A DNA stretch of 63,040 bases, counting the filler, from Olpidium bornovanus S191 (lineage: Eukaryota > Fungi > Olpidiomycota), in assembly GCA_017911155.1 (NCBI GenBank). It is 26 parts of 26 records of this genome, joined end to end, with 100 filler letters (N's around TTAATTAATTAA, not from the genome) between each part and the next. Parts side by side here need not be neighbours in the genome. Positions count along the whole stretch, not along the records: positions 48,964 to 52,400 come from JAEFCI010011157.1; positions 52,501 to 54,423 come from JAEFCI010012023.1; positions 54,524 to 56,954 come from JAEFCI010006271.1; positions 57,055 to 63,040 come from JAEFCI010007520.1; 22 more parts are not named here. The stretch is one strand, 5' to 3'. The notes below the pieces were generated by a model. That model was not told the DNA's origin. It made no database searches and saw nothing but the letters and a program-made list of their open reading frames with translations. A program made the translations under genes and the position numbers. The stretch's first letter is position 1, and the number at the start of each line of letters is the position of its first letter. Positions 50,298 to 61,415 of this stretch are shown here, one piece after another.

Positions 50298-50640
50298 AGC
50301 ACCCTGTCATGGAGGATGCTGTAGCCCCCTGGGTTCATCAGTGCCAGAGTTGTGGAGTAGCTCTGACTGAAGATCTCATTAGGATGAAGGCCAAGACCTT
50401 TGCACAGAGCTTCAACATTCATCCAGAAAGCGTCATCGAGTTTTCTGCTGGCTGGCTGCACAATTTCCAGCAGCCGCACCAGCTGCATTCTGCCCGGATC
50501 CACAGTGATGGTGGCTTTGCTGACAACGACGTCATCGAAGATGCTCTCCCTGGTCTACGGGCCACAATCGCGAAGTACAGCCTCTGCGACATCTTCAACA
50601 TGGATGAAACAGGTAAACCATTATGTTTGGTTTGGTTTTT

Positions 50641-51206
50641 TGGACTGTGGACGGGTTCAAGTTACGTCCCTTACGCCGCGGTCAGGTCCTTTGCCAAGGA
50701 GGTCGCGAGATAAAGCACGTTATATTCCGGTTTCGAGTTAACTACGTGTCCAATACACGAGTGAAGGGACAAGTCGAGTGACGAGTAAGGCTCGACGGAG
50801 AAGGGGAGGAGGGGGGCTATTTATGCGACGACGCACATCGTGCGTCGCGCTGTACCGCGTCGTACGTTGGCGACGTCCGCGCGTGCCCTGGCGGTCGTCC
50901 GCGCGGGTCCTGTCGGGCGCTCGCGCGCGCTTCGTCCCGCTCTCCTCCCCTCCGTTGGGAAGTGCCGCTCTGATCGTCGCGCGGTCTACTCCCATTGTCG
51001 CTGGTTGGTCCCTCCGTCCCGCTTACCCCTGCGCGGGGTCCGTTGTGGAGTGCGTTGGCGGGCGGTTTGTGCACGCAGGGCTCCGGGGGGGAAGCCCGGA
51101 GAATTATGGCGGAGGGTTGGTTTCGGATCCCGCAACCCTGTCCCGTCAGAGTCCCTGTGGCGGGTGGCGGCCCCGAGCGAGACCCGAGGCGCGCGCGCAT
51201 ATCACA
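50641..51206 (-). mobile_element. Solo LTR 2 (566 bp, reverse orientation) with 5-bp TSD TTTTT, inside a transposase intron
   Basis: On the minus strand it starts TGTGAT and ends CGTCCACAGTCCA, against CGTCCACAGTACA for LTR 1. TTTTT at 50636-50640 and 51207-51211. Removing it restores a 64-nt GT-AG intron and the DETG-LFY junction. Confidence 0.8.
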
Positions 51207-52072
51207 TTTTTGATGATCCATGATTGATAAAATCCATTATCACAAAGGCCTTTTTTACAGCATGTGTCCGGAAAAAAACAATTGCACCACATCCCGTCGA
51301 GGGTTTAAAAAAAATAAGGTAAGAAAAATGTTTTCTGTTGGGAATATAATTTTTTTTTCGTCTAACTATCATCGCTGCAGACCCGCTTGACTCTTGAGTT
51401 CACAGCAAATAAAGATTAGTCTGAGAAACTTCCTCCATTCATTATCGGGCATGCTGAAAACCCACAAATTTTCCAATGCAAGATTGGTGCCCAGCTACGT
51501 TTCTACTACTGTAGCAACAAGAAGGCCTGGATGACGGGCGTGCTCTTCCAGGAGTGGTTACTGAAGCTGGAGGCTGACATGAAGGTCTGTTCCAACTCAT
51601 CCAGAAGCTCATTTGATTTTAGCGCTTCTCCACTAATTACCAGTTGCCTTACAGAAACTAAAGTGCACGATCTTTCTTCTCCTTGACAACGCTCCTTCCC
51701 ACATGAGCGACGACCTTCAGCTTGTTCACGTCAACATCCTCTTCCTTCCGCCCAATACAACCTCTAAGATTCAGCCCGTGGATACTAGCATCATTTTGGC
51801 GTTCAAACATCACTCACCTCCAGAATGTGCTGGATCGCGATGAGCGCAGGGAGCTGGAGCTGTACAAGGTGGATCAATTCATGATGATGGGTTGGTCGAT
51901 GGCAGCCTGGGAAGAGATCACGAGGCGGACAATCGCCAACAGTTTCCGTCATACTGGTCTGTTTGAACAAGAAGAACAGCAGGAAGCGGCACAGATTTCA
52001 ATGATGAATTACCGCTGCACAATCCAATGTCGATCGAAAACCTCCTCAACCCCATTGAGGAGGACGAGGCAG

Positions 52073-52302
52073 CCCACCCTGAGCTGGATGATCTCGGGAT
52101 CCTCGCTTATGTCCAGGACGCTGAGGAGCAGGAGGAGGAGGCGCCTGAGGGGGAGGAGATAGTGACACTCAAAAGGCAGACAAGCTTCAGCCCACCCTGA
52201 GCTGGACGATCTCGGGATCCTCGCTTTTGTCCAGGACGCTGAGAAGGAGGAGGCGCCTGAGGGGGAGGAGATAGTGACACTCAAAAGGCAGACAAGCTTC
52301 AG
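52073..52302. repeat. Tandem duplication (118 bp + 112 bp) in the transposase 3' region
   Basis: CCCACCCTGAGCTGGA...GACAAGCTTCAG at 52073 and 52191. The second copy has a 6-bp deletion and a few substitutions. Confidence 0.93.
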
Positions 52303-52500
52303 GGAATCGGTATTTTTGCTTATTTGCTTGATGTTTCTAAACCCGAGCACCGCAATGCCCTTAAAGTAGCTCGCAAAATGCAGCTTGATCTCCGCCATGG
52401 NNNNNNNNNNNNNNNNNNNNNNNNNNNNNNNNNNNNNNNNNNNNTTAATTAATTAANNNNNNNNNNNNNNNNNNNNNNNNNNNNNNNNNNNNNNNNNNNN

Positions 52501-52880
52501 AGTTTACCTTCGCCTGGTTAAAGAACCGTTTATCGAGGTTGGGGACAGCCCCCGCGTTCCAGAGGTGCATCAGAAATATTTCGAGATGTAGGATATGTTT
52601 ATCCTCATCCCTGGAGTAGATGAAGATGTCGTTGAGGTAGGCACACATGTATCCAAGAAGTCCCACAGGATCCAATTGATCCAGTGCTGGAAGGTCAATA
52701 GAGCATTGCAGAGGCCGAACGGCATCACCACCCACTTGAAGTGGCCATAGCGGGTGTTGAATGCCGTTCTTGGGATGTCCTCTGCTCGGATCCTGAGCTG
52801 ATGGTAGCCGGACATCAAGCCAAATAAGAATCACAGCGTGCCGCGAAGGCGCTGGCGAATCTCGTCAATTCGTCCAAAGA
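52501..52880 (-). mobile_element. Ty3/gypsy reverse transcriptase pseudogene fragment
   Basis: RIDEIRQRL..SGYHQLRIRAEDIPRTAFNTRYGHFKWVVMPFGLCNA..YLNDIFIYS..H..HL. YLDD is mutated to YLND, with a stop and a frameshift. Confidence 0.92.
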
Positions 52881-53214
52881 GGGTTGCGTTTTTGGGAAAA
52901 TAGGTGGGCAGTTGAAGACAGGTGACGCCGGGCCTTGTGGAAAGTTGTTGTTTCAGCTTTTTCACTCAAAAATCCAAAACTCAGCCTCTGAATTCCAGTT
53001 CTCTCGAGCTTCTTCTCTGTCTCTCCTCTCTTTCTCTCTTACTCTTTCTGTGGTTTGTTTTGCTCTATGGCTCTAACGCTGCTCGAGGACGCGTTTGTTC
53101 TACTCTGCGAGGGTTTTCACCGCACGTGTGCGTTCGAGGAGTCGCTATGGGACTTCTGGAGGGTGGGGGGGGGGGAGGGGGAAGGAAGGGAAATTTATTT
53201 TTGCGGGGACCATG

Positions 53215-53316
53215 TGTAGTGTTTGCCCACTCGACTGGCACGTGACCTGTACGTATATAGCCAGTCGGCCCCCGGGCATACCCGAATAGATCACGACTTC
53301 TCGACGTCCCACTACA
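53215..53316 (+). mobile_element. Candidate very short (102-bp) 5' LTR followed by a PBS-like sequence
   Basis: TGTAGTG...CACTACA perfect 7-bp terminal inverted repeat, internal TATATAG, then AAG-TGGGGAATCCGAGG. A gag-like ORF lies downstream. No second LTR or TSD is visible. Confidence 0.45.
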
Positions 53317-53867
53317 AAGTGGGGAATCCGAGGAAGAACTCCCTTCGACCGCTCTCCCAACGCTCTCAACCCCCCTTCGATGACCGCTTTTCTTTTCGAC
53401 CAACGAAAACCGCGTCGTCATTCCTCGCGTTCGACGCCGCGCGCCTTTGCTTTCTGCGTCGCTGCGTTTGGCTGTTTTTCGCAGAACTTTTCTGCCTCGC
53501 TCCGCCATCGTTTCACCGCAGCACTCGTTTTCGCGCTTGCGTTTTCCGCTTGTTTTCGCGCTTGCGTTCGTTTGTTTTCGTCGCCGAAATGACGACCGTT
53601 TTGCGTCGTCTTCGAAACCGTTTCGTCGACTCGTCTTCATCGCCGCTTTCCCGTCGCTTTCCGCTGCTTTCCCCCGCCGCTTCGTTTGTTTTTTCGACCG
53701 CTTCTCATTTCGTTTGTTTTCGTTTTGTTCTCGCCCCGTTCGATTACCTTCTCCGTCAACTGATGCCCGACGATGCCCTCGCCGCGTCGTCGACGACGTA
53801 AAGGCGAGACCGCTGCCGCTGTCACCCCACGTAACGACGACACGCACCGCTCCCCCGCCGACGGCCA

Positions 53868-54423
53868 TTGCGAAACCCGCCGAACTGTGCTGTTCGTTCA
53901 GCCGCGTCGTCACCCGCGCCTGTCGACCATACCCCCGTCGACCCCGCCGCCGTCCACATCCCGCCGTCGCCGTCCCTCGACGCACGGATGGAACTACCGC
54001 CGCTTCGCGTTCCCCTGTTCATACTCGAACAGCCCGCGCCCGCCGCCACGCCCGTCGCCACGCCCACCGCTGCGCCCGCCGCTTCGTCCGCCCGTGTCAG
54101 ACTCGAGGCGAGCTGCCACAACCCGGCTAACACCCCCGCCGTCGATGCTCTCCTTCGACAGCAGAAGCTGGCTGGCCTCGCTGGGTGGCGCGCTTCGATC
54201 GTTGCCCGCGTCGGTGCTGCTACCACAGCTGCAATTTTAACTGATGTTGACGCTGCCCTTCCCGCCATCGTCGACGGCCTGTCAATTTCGTTGCAGGAGT
54301 TGAGCGTTACCTGCGCCTCGCTCGACGAGCGCCTCATCGAGATGGCTGCCTCGTACCGTGCGCTGAGCCGCTCCCTGTCGCTTCTCCAGGCGAGCCTCGA
54401 CCGCACGGCTGCTCGACTTGCGG
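53868..54423 (+). CDS. Intronless Pro/Ala-rich then coiled-coil ORF, possibly a retroelement gag N-terminus (3'-partial)
   Basis: ..LQELSVTCASLDERLIEMAASYRALSRSLSLLQASLDRTAARLA runs off the contig. It lies downstream of the candidate LTR/PBS. Confidence 0.4.
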
Positions 54424-54523
54424 NNNNNNNNNNNNNNNNNNNNNNNNNNNNNNNNNNNNNNNNNNNNTTAATTAATTAANNNNNNNNNNNNNNNNNNNNN
54501 NNNNNNNNNNNNNNNNNNNNNNN

Positions 54524-55201
<678 letters not shown>

Positions 55202-56207
55202 TGTGAGGCCTTTTTTTGTTTTTTTTGGTTCTTTTTTGGATTTGTCGTCGCACTTACGGGGGCTGCCGCAAAACTGAACTGTCTTTTTTTGGCTCCCCCA
55301 ACGTATTTGTCGTCGGGCACAAAAAAAAGTTCGCAAACAGGCGGAGAAGCGAAGGTCCGTTACGCATCCCCACGAGTTTTCGTAGCCCACGTGGCTAGTG
55401 CGCCCAGTGCGTGCCCGTCTTTCCCCCCCACATTCCCCACCCTCGGCCTCTCCTTCTCGTCACCCCTCCACGCGCTGCGTAATATTCTCCCGAGCAATTG
55501 TTGCCACGCTGTAACAAAAAAAAGTGCAAGAAACGAAACCGCTTCCCCATTGCGAGGATTTTCATATTAAAAATGTGGTAAAAATCTAATAGCCGCCCTA
55601 CAATATAAAAGAATGATACTTTCGGCCCGTTTCCAAAGCGTGCAATCAGAACGACCTTTCTACAGCGGCGGAAAGCGGCGATGGGCCGGGCCGGCCGGCA
55701 GGAGTTTCGAGCAGGGCTGCGCAGGACGAAAAGAACCGGTTTGCCCTGCGATTGATTTTGCAGTCAGGGCGCAGACGAGAAAGTGGGAATCGGCCAAGGC
55801 AGCAACCTCCGCGTGATGATAAAACGCGCCCCCCCCCGAAAGGGCGTGTGTGTGGACTGTCCCCTCCTGTTTACCGCCGCCCTCAGACAAGAGTTTTGCC
55901 CCCGTGGCCACAAACTGCCGGCCAACAAGGTTTCCTTTCTTCTTGCCGCTGGAGCAGGAGGAGGAAGAGGAGGAGGAGGAGGAAGTTGGTGTTTTATGTT
56001 CGAAAAGAAGACGACTCAATCGTAATCCGCCTGCTACCAGACGGGAAGTCTTAGAAGAGGTCTCCGGGCTTTAAGCCGAACAATCTAAACCAAAGCTGAA
56101 GGGATAAAACTAAGGTAAACCAGGTTAAAGCCCCGCACGGTCCCCCCCCCTCCCACTTCCCTCCTTTTTTCTCCCTCTTTGACGAAACACCTCTCGGATA
56201 AATATTC

Positions 56208-56240
<33 letters not shown>

Positions 56241-57162
56241 AGGCGGAAACGTATATTTCCAGGAATCGCCTGTTCGCTCTTTTTGGCGACAGCAAGGAAA
56301 AAAAAAATTAGAAAAATAAAATCGCGGCAGACGTTTTGAGGTGCGCCGGCCGGCCTGTCGGTCGTTTTGTCTGCTCGCCGGCCAATTTTTCAAAACGGGA
56401 TGAGCACTACGAAGTAAAGTGAGGGCCCCCCCCCACCACGTGGGGCCCTGCTGCGACGGCTACCTTGTCGAAGGCTGGCGGTTTTTTCTTTTTTCTTTTT
56501 TTTTTTTTTTTTTTTTTCTTGCTGGCTTTGGCAACGAAGAACAGTCCAGAAGCTCAAATGTTTTTCCGGGCCTTTTAAGGTAATGCAGATTTGTAGTCTC
56601 ATTGGGCCGCTCCTAACTTCCAGTGGTGAGCGGGCTGTGTGCCCGAGACGCAAACATGAGGAATGACCACTACGCTCGGCGCGCCCACCTCTGGTCTGGT
56701 CCCCGCGCCTGCCCCTCTGGTCCTTTCTCACCCTTGCTCTCCCCTCACCATCATCAAACTCGGCTGCTTTGCCACTGCGTGCTGCCAGTTCCTTGCTCCC
56801 CCTCCCCCCCCCCTCACCTCCCCCTCGCCCTCCCATGACCGTACAGTGTACAGTCGTGCAGTCCAAGTCCTACAGCTTTCTGAGGGCAGAAACTTCGGGG
56901 AACCTGCGGAGCACCCAACGGCCGAACGATCCTCCAGCCCAGCGACGCCGAAAGNNNNNNNNNNNNNNNNNNNNNNNNNNNNNNNNNNNNNNNNNNNNTT
57001 AATTAATTAANNNNNNNNNNNNNNNNNNNNNNNNNNNNNNNNNNNNNNNNNNNNATGACGTAAAACAAAAAAAAGGTTGGGAAGCAGGAAAAAATAGGGA
57101 AAGATGGAGAAGAGAAAAAGAACGTATAACGTGATTGTACCCCTTGCGGGGCCGAAGCTCCA

Positions 57163-57355
57163 CTAGGCGAGCATGTCGGCGTCGCTGTCCTCAGCGCCAG
57201 CGCTTTCCCGCTCGTCCAGTTCATCCACGGTCCTGCGAAATGCCAAACGTAAAAGCCAAGAGAAGGAAATCAGCTATGCGAAACGATAATCGGACGTCCC
57301 GCAAGGAAACAGCAAAAGCGGACGCGAACAAGCGGAAAAACCAGTTTGGCGCCCT

Positions 57356-57389
<34 letters not shown>

Positions 57390-60300
57390 GGGGGAGGGGA
57401 GGAATTACGCACCCGATGATCGTGCTCATCTCCTTTAGCGTGAAGTCGACGATAAAGCTTTGCTGCAGTAGGGCGTCCGCGCGGACCAGGTGCCGCTCCG
57501 TGTACGGCGCGATGCCGGCTAGAAGCTCCTTGATGTCTTTCGCCTCCTCTAGCCGCCGGGGATCGAAGTGCGAAAGGATTGCCTGGAGGACGGTTTGGGC
57601 GGTGAAGGCCACCTTCGCGTTCGTGTTCCAGTCGCGGACGTAGCCGAGGAGTTTTCCCGCCTGCGTGCCCGCGCGAGAGCAGAAAGATGGGCTCAGCGTG
57701 TCATTTTTCTTTTTTTTTCCCCCTTCGTTTCTCTTTCCAGGGCTCAAAGACGCTCCACACCGCCGCCTCACCTCGGCCACAGACATGCTCGCCAGGACGG
57801 CGTCCACGGCGAGGGAGCCGGTCACGCTGGTGTCGCCGTCAGGACGGTTCGCCATCACCGCGGAGAACAGCGTGAGCAGCTGCCCTGGCTGCTCGAGCGC
57901 CATCGCAAGCGAGATTGCGTTGCGGTAGTCCTTTTTCAGCAGGTAATTGGCAAGATCTTGCTGTCTGGCGGGGTCCGCGGGAAAAACAGACAGCGTTAGG
58001 GCACCGGCTTGCTCCTGAATGAAAAACCCAAGAGATATGCGACACACCGGCTGTCCACCAGACAACGTACTTCTCGACGAGTATCTCCCGCTCCTTCTCT
58101 TTGGCTTCCCTTTCCGCCTCGGTGAAATCCTCCCAGATGTTGACGACGGAGTCGGCACCACCCGACGCGATGTGCTTCTCGTCTCCTCGCACGGCCAACG
58201 CCCAGACTTTTTCCGTGTGGTTGTCGAGCGTCGCCGCGCATTCTGACGTGCGGATGGTCCACAGCTTAACCAGCCCGTCCGATGCGGAGGATACCAGCTG
58301 CATGCCGCTGGTTAGGAAGTGAACCTTGAGCACTGTGTTCGTGTGCCCCTCGAACGTCTGCGGATTACGAACGTGTAAGGAGCGCGGACGAGAAAAATCT
58401 TTTCGACGAACGAACAGAAAGTCACCTTAAGACAAGTGAAATCCGCAACAGACCACAACTTGACTGTCTTGTCGCCTGAAGCAGTGGCAAGGCATTGGTC
58501 CACGGGGGAAAATTGTAGAGACCACACTCCGCGCTTGTGACCAGTGCAGGTGCCGAGCAACTTGCAATCGGCGACGGTCCATATCTGCTCCGCGCATCAA
58601 GAGAATTGACAAGTGGTCCACAAATGAATAACATCCTATCAACCAAGTCAAGAGCACGCTAAAAATAAAAGGCAAAAAAATAAACACCTTCGCGGTCTTG
58701 TCTTGCGATCCAGTCGCAAATATTTTGTCGTTTGGCGCAACGGCAATGGCATTGATGTCCTTGTCGTGCGCTTTGTGAGTGTACACTGACTTCGGTTGGA
58801 ACTTTTCGCCCGGCCGGACAGAAGCTAACGCGAGCAAATGCAACGGATTAACCGGGCACGTAAATTCTGGAGACCGTCACCGCGTCGAAGGAGAACTCAC
58901 CGATACCGGACGTATCCCACATCTTGACCGTCCGGTCTTGACTCCCAGTCAGTAAGAAGTTTTTCTCCTTCCTGCATAAGGCGACGGCACCCAGCGCCTC
59001 GGCGTGTCCCGTGCACACCGCGAGCTCCCTGACCTTGTCTTCGGCAAGAGGGTCGACGGACCATATCCTGGCAGTTTTGTCCTTGGACCCCGTGACTAGT
59101 ATTCTGCCATCACGCGACCTGTCCAAACAGAGCACGATGTCCGTGTGCCCTGACAGCAGGGTGCAGTCAAACCGTTCGAGGTCGTAAATTCGTACCTGCT
59201 CGCTGTTCGTCGCGACGGCAAGCAGGGTCTCAGCGCCGTCGGGAGAAAGCGGACCGACAAAAGCAACGTCGACGACCTCCTCGTTGTAGCCTGCGATCTG
59301 CCGTGTCAGCGGGAAGCCAGCCGTCAGAGAGTGGAAGAGGATGGTCTGGTCCGAGGTGATGCTAATGAGGGAGTTGGTACTTCTCGAATATCTGAGCACA
59401 AAAGCAGGCAGGTGAGATCCGGGCGTCAAAGTGTGCCAGTACGAGAGGGGGGGGTGGGGTGGAGGGAAGGTCAAAGGGAAGAAACTCACATGACATCCGT
59501 CAATGCACGCTTGTTCGCGGACGCAACGTTTTGCTGGTATATGCATTGTCCGTTTGACAGGTCCCAAAACTGTATATAACCCTTTTCGCCGCCAGTGTAT
59601 ATGATATGCTTTCCCGCCACTAGCGTACCGTCAGGCAAGACGGTGCCTTCTTCGAGGAGCCCGATACTCTCCAGTGACTGGCGGAAAAAGGCCAATTTTC
59701 CGTTGTAAGCGCGGTACAGCCCCCTGCGGCGAAGGGGGGGGGGGGAGTGAAACACGGGCTAACCAAGAAAGCAAACGACACACCTCAAAAACGGTGTAGG
59801 CGACCTCCTGTCGCTTTTTCGCCACGTTCCACACGTGGACAATCTTATCTCGCGCGCCACTCACAAGCCGAGTGCCGTCCGGCGTGACGCTCAACCCGCG
59901 CACAACGCTGACGTGCCCGTCGAGGGTGAAAACGGCGCTGCTCGTGTTAAGATTCCAAAGGCGAATGCTGCAGTCTTCCGACCCCGAAAACAGGCAGATG
60001 GTCTTGTTCGCGCCCGCGCCCTTTTTCTTCCCGCGGCCGACGGCGTCGAGGACCGACGGCGGCGGAACGTAGAAGAGCAAAGCGCTGACCACGCCGCGGT
60101 GGCCGCGGAAGTTGTGCGTGCAGTACCCGCGGTCGATGTCCCAGACTTTCACCGTGCTGTCTGCCGACCCCGTCGCAACGAGCGTGCTGGTCGCGTCCAC
60201 GTCCATGACTATCACCGGCGCCTCGTGCGCCTTCCACTGCCGGTCGCAACTTCCCGTGGCCACGTTCCACACTTTTAGCAGGAGGCTCCTGCTCGCGCTG

Positions 60301-60908
60301 ACGACCCTCGCATCGTCGGGCGTCAACGCAAAAGTGGTTATGATTTCCGAGTCCTGAACGGAATGCAGCTCGGGTCAGCAGTCCGCCGGTCCTTCGCCCG
60401 CGGCTCACAAACACGGCAACCTACGCCCTTCAGCCTGTGGACTTTCTTCCCGGTGTCAACCTCAACGATGTCAATATCTTCCTGCACCGTCGTCACGAGC
60501 AGCTTCCCATCGGAGGACAGCGCGACCTTGCCGCCGGTGTAAATGGACTCGAGCGTTCGCACGGATTGAAAGCTGCGATTTGGACGGAGTGGGTGAGCGC
60601 GCGGCACGGCTCGGACGCGGGCAAACTCGTGTGCCAAAGCGCACTGTGGACTTCCGGCTTCCCTCCCGCGGTTCAACGCGGGCGCAAGGGACGGACGGGC
60701 TCGGAAAGTCGCCGGCCGCCTGCCAGTCCGCAGCCGCCGGCCGCCTTGCGGGCAGCCCGCGGGACGACCAGGGTGCGGCCGGCGTTCCTGCAGGTCTCGC
60801 GCTCCCACGCGGGCCGGCCCCACCCCCGGGGGTTCCTCCTTCCCTTCGCCCGGCCGGCCCGCCTCACCTCGTTTTCAGCTGCAGCTTCGACAACGCGGCG
60901 GGCGCCAT
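57163..60908 (-). CDS. UTP13: U3 snoRNP/UTP-B WD40 protein Utp13 (TBL3), apparently complete, multi-exon
   Basis: MAPAALSKLQLKT|SFQSVRTLESIYTGG start, multiple WD40 repeats, and the Utp13 C-terminal domain (QQDLANYL..DWNTNAK..PYTERHL..QSFIVDFTL). The acidic last exon ends in TAG at 57165-57163. Confidence 0.93.
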
Positions 60909-60940
60909 TGGTTTTTTTTTTTCCCGGCACTTCGGGCCAG

Positions 60941-60978
<38 letters not shown>

Positions 60979-61415
60979 AAAAAAAGGGGAAAAAAAAAAA
61001 AAAAAAAAAAAAACGGGGGACGGCGGTGAATCTCCTCCCCTCCCGCCCCTTTTTCCGTCCGCGCACAGGACACGCGAATGGAGAGTGCTCGGACCGGGCG
61101 GACCACCAACCGAAGGTAAAGCCGGCGGGGAAAGGCAGGAGGATGTTTGAAGGCAATGCCTTGCTGCGGGTCCCGTGCGGCAGTCCCCAAGTCTAGTCCT
61201 TTCGCCTCTCTCCCCCCGTCAATCCGCTTCCAGCCCTGTCCCCCTCCCGGCGCGGCACCAAAATGATGGGGGACTGAGATCCTAGATTACAGAACAGGCA
61301 CGCGGTCCGCAGGTGAAGGCTATCTGGGAAGCAGCAATCGAACGCTGAAACCAGGCCCAGGCAGAGCTGATCAAGGAAAGGGAAGATTTTCTGCAGTGCG
61401 CGCCCCCTCGGCTCC

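Larger units (their letters stand above)
49510..51990 (+). pseudogene. Intron-containing pogo transposase pseudogene (CENP-B HTH, Tc5 HTH, DDE_1; DD31D)
   Basis: EQKREIC..QATISNIVK; HPVMEDAV..W..FSAGWLHNF; IFNMDETG|LFY; TRLT..EKLPPFIIG..NKKAWMT; LLLDNAPSH..FLPPNTTSKIQPVD. Introns at 50613-51247, 51319-51380 and 51585-51654. In-frame TAG at 51417 and a frameshift near 51810. Confidence 0.92.
49158..52400 (+). mobile_element. pogo/Tigger (Tc1-mariner superfamily) DNA transposon, right end missing
   Basis: Candidate left end TA|CAGTCCTCCCTCC at 49156-49170, followed by a CENP-B-type transposase. The right TIR is not in the contig. Confidence 0.75.
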
